Positions 8,915 to 16,765 of a stretch of 64,000 bases of DNA are shown piece after piece. The stretch comes from a virus. The position numbers and the translations under genes were made by a program. The notes beneath the pieces were generated by a model, which saw only the letters and a program-made list of their open reading frames with translations, was not told where the DNA came from and did not search any database. How positions within the stretch are numbered: the stretch's first letter is position 1; each line of letters begins with the position of its first letter. The stretch lies in the IMG/VR virus record IMGVR_UViG_3300050821_003907, positions 32,001 to 96,000 of that record; one strand, given 5' to 3'.

Positions 8915-9973
8915 ATGAGGTACCTAGTTACGGGTGCAGGCGGTTTTGCTGGTCACCATCTCCTGGAGCATGTGCTAGCTAGCACAGATGCCTACGTGAT
9001 AGCTACGGACAGTTTCCGGCACAAGGGCAAGATGAGTCGCATCACGCAAGTCCTTGACGCACGCCCGGAGTTCACTTCGCGTACTGAAATCATCACGCAT
9101 GACTTGAATAAGCCATTCAGTCGCAAGCACGAACTGTGCATGAAGGACAGCGTTGACTACATCATCGCGTACGCCTCAGAGAGCCACGTAGACAGGTCTA
9201 TCGATGACCCTGTGCCGTTCGTCCAGAACAACGTCAACGTAGCTCTACAGACCATGGAGCTAGCTCGTGCGATTAATCCTAAGGCTGTCGTTTGGGTTAG
9301 CACTGATGAAGTATACGGTCCCGTAACACGGCGTAGCGTGAAGGGGGTAGCCGAATGGGCACCCGCCATTCCGTCTAACCCCTACTCGGCCAGTAAGGCA
9401 GCGCAAGAAGCAATTTGCATCTCTTACTGGCGTACATACGGCGTTCCGCTAATTATTCTTAACTGCATGAACATGATTGGCGAACGCCAGGACGCCGAAA
9501 AGTTCGTGCCCTTCGTTGTGAAGAGCCTGATGGCAGGCGAGGAAGTGCCTATTCACACTACGAACGAGCCTGTAGCAGACCCTACAGGGTCCAGGCATTA
9601 CCTGCACGCCCGTAACCTGGCTCATGCCATTACGTTCCTGCTAGCGCGTGACAAGATAGGCATGTACCCTCACTGGGCGCAAGGTAGCCTCGGCCATGTT
9701 CGCACAGGAAGGCCAGACCGCTATAACGTAGCGACAGAAACGCGGCTTTCTAATTTCAAGATGGCTTCACTGATAGCAGATTATGCTGGGTATGAACTTA
9801 AGTACAGGCTTGTGGATGCCCACACGATTAGGCCAGGACATGACGCGCACTACGGACTGGACGCTTCAAAGCTCCAGAAGCTCGGCTGGGAACCGCCTGT
9901 GCCTTTTGAGGAGAGCCTGAAGCGCACTATTTCATGGACCGTAAATAATCCTGAATGGCTATTGCCTGATTAG
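8915..9973 (+). CDS. rmlB: dTDP/NDP-glucose 4,6-dehydratase
   Basis: GAGGFAG Rossmann motif, ASESHVDRSI, STDEVYG, PSNPYSASKA, RPGHD; start at ATG 8915 (TAAACT-N7-ATG). Confidence 0.88.
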   Translation: MRYLVTGAGGFAGHHLLEHVLASTDAYVIATDSFRHKGKMSRITQVLDARPEFTSRTEIITHDLNKPFSRKHELCMKDSVDYIIAYASESHVDRSIDDPVPFVQNNVNVALQTMELARAINPKAVVWVSTDEVYGPVTRRSVKGVAEWAPAIPSNPYSASKAAQEAICISYWRTYGVPLIILNCMNMIGERQDAEKFVPFVVKSLMAGEEVPIHTTNEPVADPTGSRHYLHARNLAHAITFLLARDKIGMYPHWAQGSLGHVRTGRPDRYNVATETRLSNFKMASLIADYAGYELKYRLVDAHTIRPGHDAHYGLDASKLQKLGWEPPVPFEESLKRTISWTVNNPEWLLPD

Positions 9974-9997
9974 GACTGTCCCGGTAGGCTCGCAAAC

Positions 9998-10153
9998 ATG
10001 TGTGAGAACCCAGATAACAAGAAGAACCCCTTGCGGGGAAAGCCTGAAGTGCGCGGTGGAGAGTCTGAAGAAGACTTCACCGGAGTTGAAGAGGCCCTAC
10101 AGGCTACGCTGCCTTACAGCGATTGCCCCGACGACGTGAATCCGGATGCCTAA
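9998..10153 (+). CDS. Small acidic protein (51 aa, not in ORF track)
   Basis: TAGGCT-N7-ATG; MCENPDNKK...NPDA*; TAATG coupling to the next gene. Confidence 0.5.
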   Translation: MCENPDNKKNPLRGKPEVRGGESEEDFTGVEEALQATLPYSDCPDDVNPDA

Positions 10154-10719
10154 TGCGACTCGTTAATGGTGACCTAGAACAGTCACGCCCGTGGCGCATC
10201 AGGCGTCTCATGCAGCAAGTAGAAGAGATGGAGCCTGAATGGCTGACTCACGGTAATCGTCACGATGACAAGTACCTGCCGTGGATGCCCTTCCAGCCGT
10301 CTAACTTCATCGCGATGGTAGCAGAATGCATCACCTATACCGAGGGTTTTACATTCCTTGACGTAGGTTGCGGCATTGGCACTAAGGTAGCCCTGGCTAG
10401 TGAAGTGTTTGGCCTGGAGGCGGACGGCATTGAAGTTGACGCAGAGATGGCAGTAGAAGCACGCAAGTGGAAAACAGGTGAAATACTTGTGCAAGACGCA
10501 CTAGAATTGCCTGGCTTGTACGAGAACTATGACATCATCTGGTTGTACCGGCCATTCCGCGACATTCCTTCAGAGCGTGCGCTTGAGGAAATGATTCACA
10601 AGAACATGAAGTCCGGTGCCATCCTGGCAGGCGGAGCTTGGGAGCTGCACCCGCCAGGAAACTGGCCTATCGTAATTGATGACTGGGAAATCCGTCGCGG
10701 AGCGTGGATTAAGCCGTAA
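10153..10719 (+). CDS. Class I SAM methyltransferase
   Basis: FLDVGCGIG, GIEVD, QDAL, DIIWLYRPF. Confidence 0.8.
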   Translation: MRLVNGDLEQSRPWRIRRLMQQVEEMEPEWLTHGNRHDDKYLPWMPFQPSNFIAMVAECITYTEGFTFLDVGCGIGTKVALASEVFGLEADGIEVDAEMAVEARKWKTGEILVQDALELPGLYENYDIIWLYRPFRDIPSERALEEMIHKNMKSGAILAGGAWELHPPGNWPIVIDDWEIRRGAWIKP

Positions 10720-10740
10720 CTCCTGTGCTACACTTACGAT

Positions 10741-11433
10741 ATGAGCAGACACCCCGAAGCCGTACCTGAGTTTATAGGTGAAATACAAATTCTAGCTGTA
10801 GAGCTAGTGTCGGGGCGGCGGCGTGCTGCGCAGCGTATGCTCACTTTGTGTACAGGATGCACTGCTGAACGGTGGACCACTAAACGGCAACTACTTAAAA
10901 GCCTTACTTGTCGTGTTTGCGCTAACGAAAGTAGAGCTCTCCATACCGCACGTCTATCTCCGGGTCAGCAAGTAGGATTTTACACCGTACTTTCCATAAA
11001 ACGACGTGCATATGCTGGGTTTATGTATGAGGTACAAGATAACAGGTGTGGACACGTGAATGAGGTGAACGACGCTGTACGTCATGAGTTCAAGGGTAAG
11101 AAATCTCTATGTGAGTGTCCCCTTCGTTATACGGAGAAATCCGGTTACATTAGATGGCAGTGGCGCATGCCTGACGGACGGCGCGTAATCCTACTTGAAC
11201 ATCGTATGGTCATGGCAGGAATGCTTAAACGAGAACTATATGCGCATGAAAACCCTCATCACAAAAATGGCGTTAAGGATGATAACTGTCCTGAAAACCT
11301 AGAACTGTGGAGCACTTTTCAACCTGCTGGACAACGTATAGAAGATAAAACCGCCTGGGCAATAAAATGGCTTGAGCAATATCTGTCTCCGGAAGAGAAA
11401 AACAGTATTGCTCAAGCCTGGATTAAGTCTTAG
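10741..11433 (+). CDS. HNH homing endonuclease-like protein
   Basis: EHRMVM...HHKNGVKDDNCPENLELW; CxxC motifs; own TG-C-TACACT-N6-ATG promoter; AT-richer than its flanks. Confidence 0.88.
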   Translation: MSRHPEAVPEFIGEIQILAVELVSGRRRAAQRMLTLCTGCTAERWTTKRQLLKSLTCRVCANESRALHTARLSPGQQVGFYTVLSIKRRAYAGFMYEVQDNRCGHVNEVNDAVRHEFKGKKSLCECPLRYTEKSGYIRWQWRMPDGRRVILLEHRMVMAGMLKRELYAHENPHHKNGVKDDNCPENLELWSTFQPAGQRIEDKTAWAIKWLEQYLSPEEKNSIAQAWIKS

Positions 11434-11887
11434 GTAAGGCGTGTGATATTAGCGGCCGAGATTGCTGGCCACGAGCTGCTAGTGGAATATAGCTTAGCTG
11501 TTAGCGGCGGTGATACTTCCGAATCGATGAGCACGACCTTGGTAGTACTCGTGCCGCCGCTATCAGTAGTGGTGAATACCACTGAACCCCACCAATAGCC
11601 ATCCGTGTGAAGGTAAGCATTTCCTACAGCGTGGAAGTTAAACGCGAGTCCGGAAGATGCCTGTGATATGTCGATAGAAGCACCTAGAACAGTCAGTGTC
11701 GCTGTAGTGGCTGTACCCCCACCTGCGTATGCGTAGTCACCAAAGATGCTAATGCTTACGTAGGGTACTGAAGACAGGTCTCCGGGTGTACTTGCCTGGG
11801 GTCGAATGAAATAAAGGTTACGGTTTCATCGGCTGTCGGGCTTGTAACGCCTATGCTCAGGCCGCCATACATTTGTCCTGTAGTCAT
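11430..11887 (-). pseudogene. Frameshifted gene for an S/T/G-rich beta-rich protein (not in ORF track)
   Basis: ATG 11887 frame stops at 11756; the -1 frame is open 11825-11430 (PQASTPGDLSSVPYVSISIFGDY...ITRLT*); TG-C-TAGCCT-N6-ATG promoter. Confidence 0.6.
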
Positions 11888-11909
11888 ACTTAAAGGCTAG
11901 CACAGCCCT

Positions 11910-11924
11910 TACTTAATTTAAGTA
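11910..11924. promoter_or_regulatory. Palindromic operator-like site between divergent leaderless promoters
   Basis: TACTTAA-T-TTAAGTA perfect inverted repeat. Confidence 0.45.
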
Positions 11925-11934
11925 CTCTAGGGGT

Positions 11935-12465
11935 ATGTGCGATAACTATAACTGCGCAGTAGAGCTTGCCCGACTTGCCGAGAAGATAGCTGCTGCTGAC
12001 AGATTTAATGCTCAAGCCCGTGCTGACATGATGCGATTGCTTGATGAACGTCAGGCGTCTAATCAAGAGGCTATGAGTACTGCCTTTGAGGCTGCCGAAA
12101 AAGCCGTCAGTGCTGCTCTTGAGGCGTCAAAACAAGCCACTACTAAGGCAGAAACAGCAGCGGAAAAGCGATTTGAGTCTGTTAACGAGTTCCGTGGCCA
12201 GCTTAGTGACCAAGCCCGAACTTTCTTGCCTCGTGGTGAGTACGATGAAGCACAAAAATATCTTGTGCAGAAGGTAGAAGAGACCTCTAAGCACGTAGCT
12301 GACCTCGAACTCCGGCTTAGCAGTCGCCTGGACGTAACTCAAGGTGGTAATGTCGCAAACGCTGTAACAGGCCGTACTAGGCGCGAGAATCTTCTGCTTA
12401 TAGCGACAATTATTTCCTTCCTGGTGGCTATAGCCAGTATTATCACAGGCGTGATTATCCACTAG
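11935..12465 (+). CDS. Coiled-coil protein with C-terminal transmembrane helix
   Basis: KAETAAEKRFESVNEFRGQLSDQ motif; C-terminal hydrophobic helix; TACTCT-N6-ATG. Confidence 0.7.
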   Translation: MCDNYNCAVELARLAEKIAAADRFNAQARADMMRLLDERQASNQEAMSTAFEAAEKAVSAALEASKQATTKAETAAEKRFESVNEFRGQLSDQARTFLPRGEYDEAQKYLVQKVEETSKHVADLELRLSSRLDVTQGGNVANAVTGRTRRENLLLIATIISFLVAIASIITGVIIH

Positions 12466-12490
12466 CTGATTAAGCGCTTACAATGAGTGC

Positions 12491-13027
12491 ATGACAGCAG
12501 TATTCCCGTCTCCAGGACTTATCGGGCTTACCTCCATATCAGGAGAGGTCGGCGCGGGTATCAGGCTGGGCCAGTTTCTTAACGGAGATGGCTTCAGCAC
12601 GTTCGAGCATGCTTTTGTCTGCCTTGGCGGTGGCCAGATTCTTGAGGCTGAACCGGGTGGTGCAAGGATAGTTCCCTTGCATTACGCGCCTAAGTCCATC
12701 TACTGGTGCAGCAATATATACAAGATGCTCGGAGATGACCCCTGGCACGCAGGCTGGATTACGCGCATTAATAGCCTGGGGAAGAGCTACAAAGGCGTTC
12801 CGTATTCTTTCCTGGATTACGATGCGCTGATAGCTCACCGCCTGCACCTGCCGATTCCTGGGCTAGAGCACTTCATTGCAGACACAGGTCACATGATTTG
12901 CTCGCAAATTGCTGACGATTTCTACCTGAAGCTAGGCGTTGAGATATTCACGGACAAGCGCTGGACGGGCTACGTTACTCCGGGGTCGCTGTGGAAGCGT
13001 GACCTTGAGCTGGCGAAGGTAGTGTAA
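12491..13027 (+). CDS. Permuted papain-like NlpC/P60 (YiiX/YaeF-like) hydrolase
   Basis: His motif FEHAFVCLGGGQILEA precedes GVPYSFLDY and the Cys motif MICSQ; TACAAT-N6-ATG. Confidence 0.7.
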   Translation: MTAVFPSPGLIGLTSISGEVGAGIRLGQFLNGDGFSTFEHAFVCLGGGQILEAEPGGARIVPLHYAPKSIYWCSNIYKMLGDDPWHAGWITRINSLGKSYKGVPYSFLDYDALIAHRLHLPIPGLEHFIADTGHMICSQIADDFYLKLGVEIFTDKRWTGYVTPGSLWKRDLELAKVV

Positions 13028-13029
13028 CC

Positions 13030-13221
13030 GTGAGTCCTTCAGAGCGAGTGCCCCTATCTCAGGAAGAGTTGCGCTCTTGGATGGACATCATTGAGCACGA
13101 AACTTTTCCTGACTTCAGGCGTCAGGTCTCAGATGCGCTAGGACGCACCGCCCATCCGCTAGGACTCTACGTTACAGACGCAATTTTGCGCCGATGTGCC
13201 ATGATGTGGCGAGTACACTGA
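13030..13221 (+). CDS. Small hypothetical protein
   Basis: 63-aa ORF, GTG start. Confidence 0.35.
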   Translation: MSPSERVPLSQEELRSWMDIIEHETFPDFRRQVSDALGRTAHPLGLYVTDAILRRCAMMWRVH

Positions 13222-13315
13222 TAAGCTGAAATCAATGAAGGCTCCTAGGCGAGGAGGTGGTAGCTGTGAAAAGTAATCACTGCGCCCTAGGAGGTGGTCT
13301 TTAAATCTCGCCACA
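13205..13315 (+). ncRNA. Candidate structured RNA
   Basis: TGTGGCGAG/CTCGCCACA, CTCCTAGG/CCTAGGAG and GGTGGT-A-GCT/AGT-A-ATCACT nested stems, followed by a terminator. Confidence 0.4.
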
Positions 13316-13357
13316 AGCCCTCCACTCAGGAGATTCCCTCTTGGGTCGAGGGCTTTT
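13315..13357 (+). terminator. Rho-independent terminator
   Basis: AAGCCCTC...ACTCAGGAG-ATTCC-CTCTTGGGT...GAGGGCTTTT. Confidence 0.7.
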
Positions 13358-13395
13358 GGTGTATTCTGAGTAGGGAAAAGCTACTAGGAGGCATC

Positions 13396-14400
13396 GTGAC
13401 AAGTGCAGTTTATTATGACCTGTCCGGGTCAGTGGTGCCTGTCACCATTACGTTTACTGACCCTAGTAACCACCCTGTAGACCCCGGTACCATCCAGTTT
13501 GTGACTACAGACCCTCAGGGCCTGCAAACAAACTACACGTACACAGGCGGCTCAGGGCGCAATGTAATCACCAAGCTCGCCATCGGCGAATACCAGTTCA
13601 ATTTGCAGGCATCTGTACTGTACTCACCTAACCCGGTACCTACGGGCCTGTGGTCAGCCATGTGGATTGGCGTCGGAAATACAGGTGGACCTGGCGGCAC
13701 GACGGTACAGGCAAATACTTTCCGCATCCTGCCTTACAGCAGTGAGCCAGGGACTTCTCAAGTTCAGTGGTACTGCGGCTTGGACGAGCTGAAGTCACGA
13801 CTTAGCATCACAGACACTGCAAGTGACTATGAGATGACTACGGCAATTCAAGCAGCGACGAACTGGATTACTGAGTACTGCGCTCAGCATTTTTTCCAGA
13901 TTACAGAAAGCCGCACGTTTGCGCCTAGTGATATCTGGCTGCTCGATATAGACCCTATAGTCAGCGTGAGTTCTCTTCTCCTGGACTATGACGGCGATGG
14001 TACATTTGAAACTTCCTGGACGCAGAACGTCAACTACCAGCTACGCCGTGGATTTGAGTTGTACAACTCTAACTATCTCGGCGTTCCGCGTCCGTACCGG
14101 CAGGTGCAAGTACTCCTGGGTAGCGAAGGTGCTCCCTCTGGCGGCCAGTTCTTCCCGTTCATCTGGCCCTTCACGCACCTGGACCGGATTAAGATAACCG
14201 GTGTGTGGGGCTGGCCTGTCATCCCTCCAGCAGTATCTCAGGCTTGCCTTATGCTGTCAGCTGAATACTTCAAGCTGAAGGACGCTACCTTTGGCGTGCT
14301 AGGCGTTTCTGACCTGGGAATAGCCAAGGTTGGGTCTAACTCGTGGATTGTAGAACTTTTGCGGCCTTATATCCGGAGTAATCGCAAGGTTGGGATGTAG
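13396..14400 (+). CDS. Head-tail adaptor (gp6-like) with N-terminal Ig-like extension
   Basis: YCGLDELKSRL..., AIQAATNWITEYC, WGWPVIPPAVSQACLML; GTG start after SD AGGAGG. Confidence 0.78.
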   Translation: MTSAVYYDLSGSVVPVTITFTDPSNHPVDPGTIQFVTTDPQGLQTNYTYTGGSGRNVITKLAIGEYQFNLQASVLYSPNPVPTGLWSAMWIGVGNTGGPGGTTVQANTFRILPYSSEPGTSQVQWYCGLDELKSRLSITDTASDYEMTTAIQAATNWITEYCAQHFFQITESRTFAPSDIWLLDIDPIVSVSSLLLDYDGDGTFETSWTQNVNYQLRRGFELYNSNYLGVPRPYRQVQVLLGSEGAPSGGQFFPFIWPFTHLDRIKITGVWGWPVIPPAVSQACLMLSAEYFKLKDATFGVLGVSDLGIAKVGSNSWIVELLRPYIRSNRKVGM

Positions 14401-14409
14401 GATTAGGCC

Positions 14410-14658
14410 ATGCATATCGTTCTTGAGATGTTTGGGCGGCGTTTTGAGATGGCTTCCGCATACCGAAAGGTAGAAGAAGCTGAGTTTGAGGAAGGTGGCG
14501 CAGAAGAGCATCTAGCTCACGACCCGCACTCAGTTCCTCACGCTAGCGCTGAACGAGCCTACCCTCCATTTGAGCACGCAGGAGTAAATGAGCTGCCAGC
14601 ACGCCTGCCGTTTGGCTTCGCTAGTCAGGTCATGGAGACCGTGGACCCAGAGGAGTAA
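14410..14658 (+). CDS. Small acidic hypothetical protein
   Basis: TAGGAT-N6-ATG; 82 aa. Confidence 0.55.
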   Translation: MHIVLEMFGRRFEMASAYRKVEEAEFEEGGAEEHLAHDPHSVPHASAERAYPPFEHAGVNELPARLPFGFASQVMETVDPEE

Positions 14659-14660
14659 CC

Positions 14661-15560
14661 TTGGCAGCTAAAGCCGGTGTTTCCAAGACCCCTTTCGTTG
14701 TACCCAAGAAAACTGCTGCACAGGCAGCGCCTAATGCACTACCGGCTTACACCACTGCGCAAATGAACGCTTACAACCGGGTGGTCAACCGCAAGTTCAT
14801 TCAGCAGCTAGGCCAGCAAGTGGGTAAGACAGCTCCATTCCCTCCGGGTTCAGCTCCTCAGCCAGCTTCTATACAAGGCAATGCCGGTACTCAGGTGGTA
14901 GGCGGTAAGCTGAGTGCTGTTCAGTTCGCGAGTGCGGCAAGGGCGGCAGCCCGTAAGGCCGCAGTCCGTTCCATGGCGATTAACGCCAGTGCAGCTCAGG
15001 CAAAGCGCGGGGGACTCTCAAAGAGCATGCAGAGTCAAACAGGCAGCGCGGCATTTTATGCCCGGACACAGGCCAGCGCAGCAGCGCAGGTAGCAGCCGG
15101 AGCTAATGCCGCCGCAACTATCCCCTCAAGTCCCAAGACTGCGGTAGGCGTAAAGAAGTCAGAAGGTCCGTGGATTACCGCAGGCAATGACGAAAAGTAT
15201 GATTGCTGCATAGCTGTGGCTATAGCTAATCATCTTTGGATTAGCACAGGATTGCGCCTGACAGACGAGCAAGTATGGATGCTTCACGCGGTGGGTGGTG
15301 GCGAAGATGTTGAGCAAACCCTGGAAGCCGCTTCGTCTGGGGAATTGTGGGACAATGTGCATCTTGAGGACTACGCAAAGCTAGAAACAGGCGAACCACT
15401 TGAAGGAGCATTGCTTATCTCGTTCCCTACGGATAATGGGGACCATGTAGCGCTACTGCTACCTGATGGTAAGATGGCTTCCTGGGGTGAGTCTTATCCC
15501 GTACCTGACCACGTAGAGGAAGCTTGGGCATTGAAATGGCAGATGACGACAACGAGCTAA
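14661..15560 (+). CDS. Ala/Lys/Gln-rich protein with possible C-terminal papain-like domain
   Basis: SD GAGGAG, TTG start; C-terminal YDCCIAVAIANH...DHVALL. Confidence 0.6.
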   Translation: MAAKAGVSKTPFVVPKKTAAQAAPNALPAYTTAQMNAYNRVVNRKFIQQLGQQVGKTAPFPPGSAPQPASIQGNAGTQVVGGKLSAVQFASAARAAARKAAVRSMAINASAAQAKRGGLSKSMQSQTGSAAFYARTQASAAAQVAAGANAAATIPSSPKTAVGVKKSEGPWITAGNDEKYDCCIAVAIANHLWISTGLRLTDEQVWMLHAVGGGEDVEQTLEAASSGELWDNVHLEDYAKLETGEPLEGALLISFPTDNGDHVALLLPDGKMASWGESYPVPDHVEEAWALKWQMTTTS

Positions 15561-15769
15561 GCCCTGAAGAAGTTAACCAGATTGCTGAGAACCTGATGGC
15601 CGGAATCATGGGCGAGATGGACCCTCAAGAGTCCACGTGCTTTGCCTTGGCGACGTTCTACAACAAGCTGCAAGATGCGGGCTTCCCGGAATACCGGGCT
15701 TATGACATGGTCAAGTCGTGGTTCCTGGCCATCATGGTGACGGGTAACGACGAGGCAGAGTATGAATAA
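15536..15769 (+). CDS. Small acidic hypothetical protein
   Basis: MADDDNELSPEE... tiles between its neighbours. Confidence 0.55.
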   Translation: MADDDNELSPEEVNQIAENLMAGIMGEMDPQESTCFALATFYNKLQDAGFPEYRAYDMVKSWFLAIMVTGNDEAEYE

Positions 15770-16328
15770 CAATGGCGGCAAGGGCATTCACACCGGACGG
15801 GGGCTGTGGAGAATGCACCCTCATGTGCGCACTGACAATCAGCTAACCTTCGGTGAGCGCGCTGCTGACATCATGCGTAACGCCTTCGGCTCCTGGATGT
15901 TCGTCGGCAGTTTCCTGGCGTTCATGGCAGTGTGGATGCTACTGAACACGGTAGTGCTTCACGGTGGATTTGACCGCTACCCCTACATCTTGCTGAACTT
16001 GTCACTATCCATGATGGCGGGCCTCCAGGGAGCACTAATTCTTATCGCCGCCAAGCGAGCTGACCGTGTAGCAGCAGAGCAGTCAATAGCGCACTATACG
16101 GAAACTTCCAAGATGGATAAGCTGCTTACCGAAAATAACGACATGACGGCGCAGATTAAAGAAGCCACAGCGCTTCTTGAAGACTTGCAAAGTGACGTTC
16201 ACGCTATCTTGCGCGCACTTAACCTTGAATCGGCAATACGAACTACCCCACCTGCACCTATGACAGCAATACTGGGAAAGGAAATAGAGCGTGGCAACGC
16301 TGACCCAAATCCGCCAAGCGCTAGCTAG
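15762..16328 (+). CDS. DUF1003-type membrane protein
   Basis: LTFGERAAD..FGSW, FDRYPYILLNLSLSMMAGLQG.LIL. Confidence 0.8.
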   Translation: MNNNGGKGIHTGRGLWRMHPHVRTDNQLTFGERAADIMRNAFGSWMFVGSFLAFMAVWMLLNTVVLHGGFDRYPYILLNLSLSMMAGLQGALILIAAKRADRVAAEQSIAHYTETSKMDKLLTENNDMTAQIKEATALLEDLQSDVHAILRALNLESAIRTTPPAPMTAILGKEIERGNADPNPPSAS

Positions 16329-16749
16329 CCAGATACAGACTTACTGCGTTAATCCGCAATTGCGAGCGCAAGCTGAACCGCTGGACCAAGGTGTAGGACC
16401 TGTAGCCCTAATCGTGCCCGGAAGCCCTTACATCAAGTACGGCGACACTTTCGCTGACTCCTTTAACGACCTTGGGCAGATGCAATTTGGCGTTTGCGTA
16501 AACCTTTGCGTGCTAATCCTGGTGTCAGACAGCTCAACAGCTGACCGCGAGCAGCAGCAACTGGACGCGTTCCTTGACCTTGGCACTGCGGCTGACCAGA
16601 TTTCCGTTCCCATGGCTATCCAGATGGACCCCACGCTAGGCGGCATCGTAATGAGCACGATACCAATTCAGGTCGGTCACTATGGTAGGGTTCCCTATGG
16701 TGGACTAGAGTACTTCGGTGCTCGCCTTGAAGTTCAGGTATTGGCGTAA
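16291..16749 (+). CDS. Tail terminator/neck protein (probable)
   Basis: MATLTQIRQALA..I; size and position upstream of the tail tube; SD AAGGA. Confidence 0.6.
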   Translation: MATLTQIRQALASQIQTYCVNPQLRAQAEPLDQGVGPVALIVPGSPYIKYGDTFADSFNDLGQMQFGVCVNLCVLILVSDSSTADREQQQLDAFLDLGTAADQISVPMAIQMDPTLGGIVMSTIPIQVGHYGRVPYGGLEYFGARLEVQVLA

Positions 16750-16765
16750 AGAAAGGTAGCGGATA

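Noticed and set aside
4327-10719. Cassette as a DNA hypermodification system
   Set aside because: Not preferred: it lies among structural genes, and no hydroxymethylase, TET/JBP or base-handle enzyme is in the window; not fully excluded because the rest of the genome is unseen
13216-13235. Hammerhead ribozyme core (CTGATAAG...GAAA)
   Set aside because: Lacks the invariant G8 of CUGANGA and the stem geometry does not fit
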